From the IMG/VR virus record IMGVR_UViG_3300044656_000252, positions 1 through 64,000 of that record: DNA of 64,000 bases. The stretch is one strand, 5' to 3'. The stretch comes from a virus (taxonomy: Duplodnaviria > Caudoviricetes). The position numbers and the translations under genes were made by a program. Position 1 is the first letter of the stretch; each line of letters starts with the position of its first letter. This document shows positions 37,125 to 45,418 of the stretch, one piece after another. The notes beneath the pieces are model-generated. The model ran no database searches and was not told where the DNA came from. It saw nothing but the letters and a program-made list of their open reading frames with translations.

Positions 37125-38096
37125 ATGCTCGGTCTGGACTACTCGGGAGGGCGACCGTCCGGCGCGGCCATCTACGCCGCCAGCTATCGGTTCGTCGTGC
37201 GGTACCTGGAGAACGGCCTCGGTGGCGGCCGATACAACCTAACTGCAGCCGAGTTCGCCGACCTACGCGCCAACGGCGTCGCGGTCGCGCTCGTCTGGGA
37301 GTCACAGGCCAACCGCGCAGCAGCTGGCCATGACGCCGGCGTCGCCGATGCGCGAGCGGCGCTCGCCGCGGCCGATGCTGTCGGCGCGTCAGGCTGGCCG
37401 ATCTACTTCGCGGTGGACTTCGACATCCCCGACTATGCGCCGGCCGCCATGTCGGCGCTCGCCAAGCTCGGCCCCGTCGGGGACTACCTCGCGGGCGCCG
37501 CCAGCGTGCTCGGGCACAGTCGCACCGGCGTGTACGGCGGCTACTACGCGGTTTCCCGGGCGCTGGACGCCGGGCTGGCCAGTCTCGCCTGGCAGACAGA
37601 GGCCTGGTCCGGCGGCCAGGTCGACCCGCGCATCCACCTCCTTCAACGCCTCGGCACCGTCGTGGTCGACGGCGTCGAGTGCGACACCAACGAGGCCCGG
37701 CAGGCCAGCTTCGGGCAGCAACCCCCGGGAGCGGTTCGCTCCCCGAACAGTGAGGACGACGACATGTGGAAGTTTCTGGTCGACGAGGGAACCGTGCAGA
37801 CGGACGGTTCCTACACCCGGTGCGCCGAACTCCTGCCCACCGCCGAGCTCATCGGCACCAGCTGGGCCGACATCAGCGCCAAGCTGGCCGAGGCCAAGGC
37901 CGGCGGTGCGCCGGCAAGCGTGCGCGGCGTCGACACCGCCGTGTTCGACGACTACGAGAAGAACTCCGATGCACACAAGGCCGCCACCGCCGCCCTCGCC
38001 AAGCTGACGAGCGGCGGCGGCGGAGTGACGGCCGCGCCGACGTCGCTCGCTTTCGATCTCGCCGTGACCGGCACGGCCACCCCTAAGACCTCGTGA
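37125..38096 (+). CDS. Endolysin, DUF1906 (GH25-like) glycoside hydrolase
   Basis: GLDYS..FVVRYL..VALVWE..PIYFAVDFD..GVYGG..WQTEAWS..CDTN. Confidence 0.85.
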   Translation: MLGLDYSGGRPSGAAIYAASYRFVVRYLENGLGGGRYNLTAAEFADLRANGVAVALVWESQANRAAAGHDAGVADARAALAAADAVGASGWPIYFAVDFDIPDYAPAAMSALAKLGPVGDYLAGAASVLGHSRTGVYGGYYAVSRALDAGLASLAWQTEAWSGGQVDPRIHLLQRLGTVVVDGVECDTNEARQASFGQQPPGAVRSPNSEDDDMWKFLVDEGTVQTDGSYTRCAELLPTAELIGTSWADISAKLAEAKAGGAPASVRGVDTAVFDDYEKNSDAHKAATAALAKLTSGGGGVTAAPTSLAFDLAVTGTATPKTS

Positions 38097-38122
38097 TCAC
38101 GACCACGGAAGGGAAACCCGCC

Positions 38123-38461
38123 ATGTCCAAGTACGCCAAGGCGATCGCCGCGATCGTGATGGCCGTCCTCACCGCACTCCAGACCGTCGCCACCGCGCCG
38201 TTCACCATGCAGACCGGTGCCACCATCGCCGTCGCGGCGCTGACCGCAGTCGGCGTGTACCTGGTGCCGGTGCTACCTGGCATCTACGAGTGGCCGAAGA
38301 CCATCGTCGCCGTGCTCCTGGCCGGTGCGCAGGCCGCCGTGCAGGTCGCCGGCAGCAGCGCGATCACCACGCAGGGCTGGATCACCATCGTCATCGCCGC
38401 GCTCGGCGTGGTGGCGGTGCAGGTGGTGCCGAACAAGGTTACGGCACGCCCGACGCCTTGA
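38123..38461 (+). CDS. Holin
   Basis: KYAKAIAA.., four short TM segments, VPN ending; follows lysin. Confidence 0.8.
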   Translation: MSKYAKAIAAIVMAVLTALQTVATAPFTMQTGATIAVAALTAVGVYLVPVLPGIYEWPKTIVAVLLAGAQAAVQVAGSSAITTQGWITIVIAALGVVAVQVVPNKVTARPTP

Positions 38462-38579
38462 CCCGGACCGCTGCCAGCCGCCCCGACACGGCTGGCGGCA
38501 TCTCCACCACGGAAGGCGGAAGGCGCACCGTGATCACCAATCGGCGCGCAACAGCACGCCACGCAACAAGGGGGTGCTG

Positions 38580-38849
38580 GTGAGTGAATGGGCGAGCCTG
38601 CTCACAGGTATCGGCGGGATCCTTGCTGCCCTCGGCGGGATCGCGACCGCCCTCATCACGTGGCTCCGAACGTCCCCGCAGGAACGGGAAGACGCCGCGC
38701 GACGCGCGATCGACCAGGTCCTCGACGACGACGTCCTCAACGCGGCCGCCGACGGGAAGATCACGCCCGAGGAGGCGGCCGACTTGATCCGCAGACGCAA
38801 GGCCGCAAAGCGTCTCACCGAGAAGCGGAAAGAGGTGGAGGAGGCATGA
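38580..38849 (+). CDS. Membrane protein (N-terminal TM, charged C-terminus), lysis accessory candidate
   Basis: Hydrophobic N-terminus; coupled to the next gene. Confidence 0.6.
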   Translation: MSEWASLLTGIGGILAALGGIATALITWLRTSPQEREDAARRAIDQVLDDDVLNAAADGKITPEEAADLIRRRKAAKRLTEKRKEVEEA

Positions 38850-39658
38850 CGGATGACATCAAGGCGACGGTCGTAGCCCCGGCAGCCCGCGGTGCGCTCC
38901 ACCGCCGCGGGCATCGGGTGATCTGGGCCGGCGTGATCATCACCGTGCTAGGGCTCGTCCTGGTGGGCTTCGTCCTGGCCGGGTTCGATTCCAAGGTGGA
39001 CGAGCTGACCACCCAGGTGCAGCAGGCCCAGTCGTCGGCGCAGGAGAACCACGTGGTGGCGCAGCAGCTGCACGACCAGGTGCAGCGGCTCGGCGGTACA
39101 CCGGCGGCTGTGCCGCCAGGCCCAAGTGGGGCGCAGGGGCTCCCGGGCCGCGGTATCACAGGCACCGCCATCATCGGCGGCCACATGTTCGTCACCTACA
39201 CGGACAACAAGACCGAGGACAAGGGACAGGTCGTCGGGAAGGACGGCGCACCGGGAGCGAACGGCCGGGGCATCACTGGCTCCGTTCTGTCCGGTGGCCA
39301 CCTGTTCTTTTCGTACACCGACAACACGACCCAGGACATCGGGCAGGTGGTCGGGCCGCCCGGCGCGAAGGGCGACCCAGGCCGAAGCGTGCGGTCGATG
39401 GACGGGTCAACCGGTCACCTGATCGTCACCTACGACGACAACACCACGCAGGACGTCGGCCCTCTCCCGACGGGCCCTCCCGGACCGAAGGGCGACAAGG
39501 GCGACCCCGGGCCGACGTGTCCCTCGGGCTACGAGCAGCACGAGGCGGTCATCACCGCGAACGACGGCACCAAGTACGACGGGATCGCCTGCGTGAACCC
39601 GAGCACGGCGACCACCACCACGACACCACCGCCGTTGCTCGGCGGCGGAAAGCGCTAG
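38846..39658 (+). CDS. Membrane-anchored collagen-like repeat protein
   Basis: TM + coiled coil + three GRG...GHL.V.Y.DNTTQD.G repeats separated by Gly-X-Y. Confidence 0.8.
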   Translation: MTDDIKATVVAPAARGALHRRGHRVIWAGVIITVLGLVLVGFVLAGFDSKVDELTTQVQQAQSSAQENHVVAQQLHDQVQRLGGTPAAVPPGPSGAQGLPGRGITGTAIIGGHMFVTYTDNKTEDKGQVVGKDGAPGANGRGITGSVLSGGHLFFSYTDNTTQDIGQVVGPPGAKGDPGRSVRSMDGSTGHLIVTYDDNTTQDVGPLPTGPPGPKGDKGDPGPTCPSGYEQHEAVITANDGTKYDGIACVNPSTATTTTTPPPLLGGGKR

Positions 39659-39667
39659 GAGCGAACG

Positions 39668-40633
39668 ATGACGGCGATGGAACCGCAGCGGGCCGGGCGA
39701 CTCGGCCGGCTCCCGAACGACCCGAGCAAGCCGCGGCTCAAGCTCGCGCCGCACCTGAACACGGCGGTGCCCCCGAACCCCGCGGTGGTGGACTGGCTCT
39801 CGCGGGTCGGGTCGTGGCCGATGTACGGCAACGACCAGTACGGCGACTGCGTGTGGGCGATGATCGGACACCTGATCGAGGCGTTCTCCACGTACGGCGG
39901 CGGCAGCACCGTCACCGTGCCGGAGCAGGCGCTGCTCGACGGCTACACGGCGGTCACCGGATTCGACCCGTCCGACCCGAGCACCGACAACGGCACCGTC
40001 ATCCAGGACGCGCTGGCCTACTGGCTGAAGGTGGGCATCGCCGGGCACAAGATCCTGGCCTACGCCGAGGTCGACATCCACAACCAGTCCGAGGTGGACG
40101 CGGCGATCAACGTGTTCGGCGCCCTGTGCCTCGGGGTGAACCTGCCGAACTCCGCGATGGACCAGTTCAACGCCGGCCAGCCCTGGACGGTGGTCGCCCC
40201 GGACGGCGGTATCGACGGCGGCCACGCGGTGCCGGTCGGCTACTACAGCACGCCGGGCGAGACCGTGCGCGTGGTGACGTGGGCGCGGACGCAGGACGTG
40301 GCCGACGCGTGGTGGTCGCAGTACGTCGAGGAGGCGTGGATCGTCGTCGCGCCGGAGTGGCTGGACGCAACCGGTCACAACCCGGAGGGGATCGACCTAC
40401 ACGGGTTGGGTGAGGACTTCGCCGCGCTGACCGGGAGGCCCAACCCGTTTCCCGTCCAGCCCACCCCCGGTCCTACTCCCGTCCCTGCTCCGCCGGTTGC
40501 GGACGCTGCTGACCAGGCTCTGGTCGCTGCTCTCCGGCCGTGGCTGAGCGAGCACCACGTCGGAGACAACCGGCACGCGGTGCACGCCGTGGAGACGTGG
40601 ATGGCGGCGAAGGGACTGTCGCTGGCCTCGTGA
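39668..40633 (+). CDS. Papain-fold (C1-like) cysteine peptidase
   Basis: VDW..GNDQYGDC (catalytic Cys), DNGT, GGHAVPVGY (His), VVTW. Confidence 0.8.
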   Translation: MTAMEPQRAGRLGRLPNDPSKPRLKLAPHLNTAVPPNPAVVDWLSRVGSWPMYGNDQYGDCVWAMIGHLIEAFSTYGGGSTVTVPEQALLDGYTAVTGFDPSDPSTDNGTVIQDALAYWLKVGIAGHKILAYAEVDIHNQSEVDAAINVFGALCLGVNLPNSAMDQFNAGQPWTVVAPDGGIDGGHAVPVGYYSTPGETVRVVTWARTQDVADAWWSQYVEEAWIVVAPEWLDATGHNPEGIDLHGLGEDFAALTGRPNPFPVQPTPGPTPVPAPPVADAADQALVAALRPWLSEHHVGDNRHAVHAVETWMAAKGLSLAS

Positions 40634-40822
40634 GCTGCCGACGGCTGGCTGTGGCGGGCAGTCTGGCTGCTGGCGACCGGCCCCGCGCGCTCGCCTGTGG
40701 GCATGGTGAACGCGCGGGGTCCTCCAACTGGACAGAAAATGGACAGTCGAGCTGAACTGCTTGTTGTAACACCAAACCGTCGGCAGCGATGAGAACGGGT
40801 TGAGCACCGAAGGAGCCCCGCC

Positions 40823-41080
40823 GTGACATGGCCTACGCCGACCCAGCTGATTCGACAGCGCCGTAGACCGAGGCGCGTCTACTACGGCCGACCGTACTGG
40901 TCACGCGCCTGGTTCTGGTGGACTGGCGCGTTCATGTTCGTGCTGATGTTCTGGTTCGTCGCCTTCTCGGTGTGGCTCGTGTACGCAATGGTGTGGGCGA
41001 TGGTCGAGGGTGTCCGCTGGATCGCGACACGGCCGGGCAGCAACTCGCGGGGGCGGCAGGTGGAGGGGGAGAGCCAGTGA
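40823..41080 (+). CDS. Small membrane protein
   Basis: SD AAGGAG; aromatic TM segment. Confidence 0.6.
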   Translation: MTWPTPTQLIRQRRRPRRVYYGRPYWSRAWFWWTGAFMFVLMFWFVAFSVWLVYAMVWAMVEGVRWIATRPGSNSRGRQVEGESQ

Positions 41081-41502
41081 AGAGGATCATCCCGGTGGCC
41101 GCGGTGGTGTTCGCGGTGGCGAGCACGGGCGTGGCGTTCGCGGTAGCGGCGAGCGTGCCGGCACCGCAGCAGGTGTCGCGGCCGACGCCGGCCGGGCTCG
41201 TGCCGCAGACCTACGTTACGACCACGACCGCGCCGACGACGACCACACGTCCGGCGGCGCCGAGCAGCACGACGAGCACGAGCCGCGCCGGCGCGGTGCA
41301 GCCCAACGCAGTCCCGGCCGCACCAACGGACCCCACCACGACCACCACGCAGCTGCCGGTGGCGTGCGCGTACCCGCCGGCCGCTCCCGAGCCGCCGGAC
41401 CCGCAGCATCCGTCCGCGCCGCGGCGGACGCCCGCGCCGACGCCGACGGTGACTGCCGTGTTCCCGCCGGACACGTGCCCGCCGTACGTGGCTTTCCCGT
41501 GA
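41077..41502 (+). CDS. Secreted Pro/Thr-rich protein
   Basis: Signal peptide MKRIIPVAAVVFAVA; PT-rich. Confidence 0.6.
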   Translation: MKRIIPVAAVVFAVASTGVAFAVAASVPAPQQVSRPTPAGLVPQTYVTTTTAPTTTTRPAAPSSTTSTSRAGAVQPNAVPAAPTDPTTTTTQLPVACAYPPAAPEPPDPQHPSAPRRTPAPTPTVTAVFPPDTCPPYVAFP

Positions 41503-41598
41503 GGTAGCTTGATCGGGCCGGGCTCTGGAACGCACAGTGGGCGCACTGCCATCCCGGCTCCACTTCCCTGGGCCGTTACGCCTCAGCCGAGCACAGGG

Positions 41599-41630
41599 CG
41601 AAGCCCCACCGTTCCAGCGGTGGGGCTTCG
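41599..41630. terminator. Stem-loop between convergent genes
   Basis: CGAAGCCCCACCG-TTCCAG-CGGTGGGGCTTCG followed by TTGT. Confidence 0.8.
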
Positions 41631-41642
41631 TTGTATCTGGGG

Positions 41643-41846
41643 TCAGTTGTCGGCTGGCCGGAGGCCGTCCGCCGCTGTCAGGCCGAGCATGGCGAGCAAC
41701 TCGCGGCACTCGTCGGCGTCGTCCGCTTCGGTGGCGATCCGCCGCGCCGCTGCCCGCCGTTGCTCCGCCGTCAGGTCCGGCTCGTCGCTGCCGCTGTGCC
41801 GGATGTGGGTGAGCATCCGGCCCCGTTCGTGGCTGTCCGGGCTCAC
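41643..41846 (-). CDS. Hypothetical protein (ECRELLAMLGL motif)
   Basis: GTGA coupling. Confidence 0.55.
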   Translation of the reverse strand: MSPDSHERGRMLTHIRHSGSDEPDLTAEQRRAAARRIATEADDADECRELLAMLGLTAADGLRPADN

Positions 41847-42079
41847 CGTCGCCTCCGGGGTCCTTGCCGGCCGGGCATCTGCGCCTCGATCTCGGCGGTG
41901 CGCTTCCGGAGCCAGCGCGCGGCGGATTCCCATCCGGCGGCTTCCAGTTCGCGCGCCACGTCCTTGCGCGTCTGGATGGCGGCCTCGCTGAAGTAGCGGG
42001 CGGCGATCGCGGTGACGGCGGCCTGGAACCGGGGGTCGGAGGGGTCGACTCTGTCGTCCTCGGATGGTGACGCGCTCAT
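41843..42079 (-). CDS. Hypothetical protein
   Basis: SD AGGAG. Confidence 0.6.
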   Translation of the reverse strand: MSASPSEDDRVDPSDPRFQAAVTAIAARYFSEAAIQTRKDVARELEAAGWESAARWLRKRTAEIEAQMPGRQGPRRRR

Positions 42080-42346
42080 GCACTCTCCTGGCGTAGCGGC
42101 GGTTGGCGGGGAGAGTACGTGTGGTTGGCGCGGTCGGGTGATTTTCGTCTCGGGCGTGTCGGCGTGCCGGGTGATCGTTTCTCACATTCGGCGGCTGCCG
42201 CTCCGGCCTATTCCGAATGCGTTCGCTTTCACGCGGAATCATACGGTCATAATGCGGCCGCCAAGGTCAACATTGCGATCAGGTCACTGCCTTTGCATCG
42301 TGATATCACTCTTGTATCAAAGTGAAACAAGCTGCTCTACTACCCC

Positions 42347-42724
42347 ATGCCGCACGACCAGCAACACCTCGCCCGCATCGTCGACCAGCTCGCCGGAGGA
42401 GACATGGCCCCGACACAGCTCGCCGAGCTGCCCGACGACCAGCTCGCCGCCGTCGGACGGATAGCGGCGCAACGACGCGAAACCGATCAGGACGTGGTCG
42501 GACAGGTCGCCGCCGAGTTCAACCAGAACCGCGGCCGGCCGTGGCGGGAAATCGCCGCCCTGCTCGAGCAGGAATCGCACGCGACCATCTACCGCTGGGC
42601 GCGCCCGTTCCTTGCGTCCCCAGACTCAGTGTCAACGGCAGGTTCACAACCAGTGAACCCCACGGCATCTCAGCCCCATCTACTCGAACCCAAGATCGAG
42701 CACCTACCGCTGGGGAGCGACTGA
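42347..42724 (+). CDS. Putative HTH regulator heading the transfer operon
   Basis: RPWREIAALLEQESHATIYRWA. Confidence 0.55.
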   Translation: MPHDQQHLARIVDQLAGGDMAPTQLAELPDDQLAAVGRIAAQRRETDQDVVGQVAAEFNQNRGRPWREIAALLEQESHATIYRWARPFLASPDSVSTAGSQPVNPTASQPHLLEPKIEHLPLGSD

Positions 42725-42726
42725 CC

Positions 42727-43533
42727 ATGAAAATCACTGGTGACGCCGAGCGCACCCTCGCCGTCATCTCGATCGGCGTGTGGGGTGTCGCGCTCGTCGT
42801 CATGGCCGTATCCGCCACGACGGCGGCCGACCTGTTCCGGCTGCACAGCGCGAACTGGACGCAGGGCCTGGCGCTCGGGCTGGCCATCGACGCGGCGCTC
42901 GCGGTGGCGCTGGTCGGCGACAAGGCGCTCGCCCAGCTCGGCCTCTCGTCGCGCTGGGGCACCGCGCTGCGGTGGGCGGCGACGGTGATGTCGTTGGTGC
43001 TGAACTGCTCGGCCGCGTGGCTGGCCGGCGACGCATTGGGCGTGACGCTGCACGCGATCCCGCCAGCACTGTTGATCGTCCTCACCGAGGCCGCGCAGTC
43101 GTACCGGACCGCGCTGGCCGAGCATCACATGAAGATCGCCGCCGAGCAGGAGCGGCTCGCCGCCGCTGCACGCCAGAAGGCGGAGCAGGAGGCACAGGCC
43201 CAGCGCGAGCAGGAGAAGCGGCAGCGGGACGAGGCTGCTGCAGCGCGCCGGCGGGAGCGCGAGGCCACTGCGGCGCCGTCGAAGCCGCTGGTGCTGGTGA
43301 AACCGACTGTCGGGCTCGACGTGCCGGAGGACGCGTCACTGAAGGACAAGGCCCGCGCATGGTTCATGCGAGAGGCGTTCAAGACCGACCGACACTGGGA
43401 GTCCATCTCGGCCGTCGAGTGCGACCGGGCGGTCGGCGCTTCCGAGGGCATGAGCAAGAAGCACATCAAGGGCTGGCGTGCCGAAGTCGCCGCTGCCATG
43501 GGCAACTCCGGCACCGCCGCGGCCGGGAACTGA
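42727..43533 (+). CDS. DUF2637/SpdA-SpdB-like plasmid-spread membrane protein
   Basis: Four TM helices (LAIDAALAVAL, SLVLN, LHAIPP.LL..L.E), then coiled coil and C-terminal helical domain. Confidence 0.75.
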   Translation: MKITGDAERTLAVISIGVWGVALVVMAVSATTAADLFRLHSANWTQGLALGLAIDAALAVALVGDKALAQLGLSSRWGTALRWAATVMSLVLNCSAAWLAGDALGVTLHAIPPALLIVLTEAAQSYRTALAEHHMKIAAEQERLAAAARQKAEQEAQAQREQEKRQRDEAAAARRREREATAAPSKPLVLVKPTVGLDVPEDASLKDKARAWFMREAFKTDRHWESISAVECDRAVGASEGMSKKHIKGWRAEVAAAMGNSGTAAAGN

Positions 43534-43544
43534 AGGGAAAGAAC

Positions 43545-43745
43545 ATGAACGTCTACCTGGTGTGCGCGATCCTCGGCGTGCTCGCCGTCGTCGCCTTCGG
43601 CCGCGGCTGGACCAAGTCCGGCTTCGCCGCGCTCGTCCTGTTCGGCGTGATGCTCGCGACCACCGCCATCGGCCCGAACCTCCAACACGGCGTGTCCACC
43701 GGCGTGGACAGCGCCATCGCCACCGTCAAGTCGTTCTTCAGCTGA
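43545..43745 (+). CDS. Small two-TM membrane protein (Spd-like)
   Basis: SD AAGGG; hydrophobic. Confidence 0.7.
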   Translation: MNVYLVCAILGVLAVVAFGRGWTKSGFAALVLFGVMLATTAIGPNLQHGVSTGVDSAIATVKSFFS

Positions 43746-43764
43746 CCATCCGAGGAGTCCCGCC

Positions 43765-44034
43765 ATGATCACCACCACCGAGCAGGCCGTCGCGTTCTGG
43801 GCGGCCGAGGCCGCCAAGGTCGACCGACTCATCACCGACCTCGACGACCTGATGCCCGCCACCCACAACGGCGAGACGCCGTTCACCGAGCAGACCCGCG
43901 AGGACGTCGAGGGCGCGCTGTTCCAGGCCCGCCTCGCCGCGGACACCGTGCTCGGTGCCTACACGCGCGTGCTGCACCAGGAGCGGGCGAACCCGCCGCA
44001 GCCGTCCGGCCCGTACAGCCAGCCGCGTTACTGA
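43765..44034 (+). CDS. Hypothetical protein
   Basis: SD GAGGAG. Confidence 0.65.
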   Translation: MITTTEQAVAFWAAEAAKVDRLITDLDDLMPATHNGETPFTEQTREDVEGALFQARLAADTVLGAYTRVLHQERANPPQPSGPYSQPRY

Positions 44035-44058
44035 TCCGGTGAAGGAAGGAGTCCCCCG

Positions 44059-45396
44059 GTGGTTACCGTCGCGCCCGAGCAGCCGCAGCGGGAGAGGTGG
44101 ATCTCTCCCCATGCGCTGCTGGGCGCTACCAGCGCGGGGAGCGCCGGCATGACGACGGCTGGGCTGATCGCGGGACCGACAGGTGTCGTGGTGGTGACGG
44201 CGGCGGGCGCGTTGACCGCTGGCGGGATCGCGGCGGTGCGCAGGTTCGCGCCGGGCGCGGCGGAGAAGCTGGGGCTGCGGAAGCCGGACAAGAAGGCCGA
44301 CAAGAAGTCGGACGGCAAGTCCAAGGCGAACGGCCCCGGCAAGGGCCTCGGGGGCAGGGGCGGTCTCGGTCGTCTCGGCCTGCTGGGTGCCGGCGGTCGC
44401 AAGAAGGGCGCCGGTGACGGTGGCGGCCGGAAGCGTGGCGGCGGCCTGCTGGGGATGGCCCGCAACATCGCCGGCAAGGGAGCCGGCCTGGCCAAGCGGG
44501 GCGCGAACGCCGCAGCGAAGAAGGGCGCTGGCCTGCTTGGCGGCAAGGACCCGACTCGCAGGAATGCCCGCGGCCGTAACGGGTCTGGGCCGGCCGGCGG
44601 GAAGCAGCGTGGTGTCGGTGGCCCGACCGGTCGTGGTCGTGGGGCCGGTAGCGGCCCGGGGCGCGGCAAAGGCCCCGGCGGCAAGAGCAACAGCGGCAAG
44701 GATCGGAGCAGCGGCCGCGGCTTGGGGGGCCGGCTCGGCCGCACCGCCGCAAGCCTTGTCGGCTGGGGCGCGCGCCGCTTGTTCGGCCTGAAGCGTCCCT
44801 CCGACACCAACTCCGCATCGACGGGGCATGGCGGAGGGAAGCCGAAGGACAGGAAGAAGCGCACCAAGGGCTCGGGGCTGCTCGGTGGCCGGGGCGCGGA
44901 GCGCATGCCGGACAGCGCGAGGCCCAAGGACCGCAAGGGCAAGAAGGACAAGAGCCGCACGAAGAACGTTCCGCCGGGCCGCGGGCCGCGGCGGGAGGTC
45001 ACAGCAGGACAGCCGGACCGGAGTGGCCGGCGCGCACATGGAGGAACGACGATGCCCGATCCGTTCGCGAGTCGCCGCGAGGCGATCTCGGGGGCCGCAC
45101 CGCTGGAGATCAACAAGGCTGGTGACGTCGCCGACTACGTCAAGCACGCCCCCGACTACGCCGAAGCGCAGGCCCGCGGGTGGCTGCGTGACGCCGACAC
45201 GATCGTCGAGAAGGTGAACCTGAACCCGGACTTCACCGACGCCCTGAAGGGGTTCGCGAACACGCAGCTGGCCGCCGTCCAGGCGGTGCGTGAGTACGGG
45301 GCCGTGTTCGAGCGCAGCCACGCCGAGAAGCTGCGGCGGACGCGCGACCGGGACCCGCGTGAGGCCATGTGGGACGTCGACCGTCACCGCGACTGA
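44059..45396 (+). CDS. Plasmid-transfer accessory protein (TraA-like): TM + Gly/Lys-rich linker + C-terminal domain
   Basis: SD AAGGAG; C-terminal ..AVFERSHAEKLRR..DPREAMWDV; directly upstream of the FtsK-like gene. Confidence 0.65.
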   Translation: MVTVAPEQPQRERWISPHALLGATSAGSAGMTTAGLIAGPTGVVVVTAAGALTAGGIAAVRRFAPGAAEKLGLRKPDKKADKKSDGKSKANGPGKGLGGRGGLGRLGLLGAGGRKKGAGDGGGRKRGGGLLGMARNIAGKGAGLAKRGANAAAKKGAGLLGGKDPTRRNARGRNGSGPAGGKQRGVGGPTGRGRGAGSGPGRGKGPGGKSNSGKDRSSGRGLGGRLGRTAASLVGWGARRLFGLKRPSDTNSASTGHGGGKPKDRKKRTKGSGLLGGRGAERMPDSARPKDRKGKKDKSRTKNVPPGRGPRREVTAGQPDRSGRRAHGGTTMPDPFASRREAISGAAPLEINKAGDVADYVKHAPDYAEAQARGWLRDADTIVEKVNLNPDFTDALKGFANTQLAAVQAVREYGAVFERSHAEKLRRTRDRDPREAMWDVDRHRD

Positions 45397-45418
45397 CCGA
45401 TCCGAGACGAGGACGACC

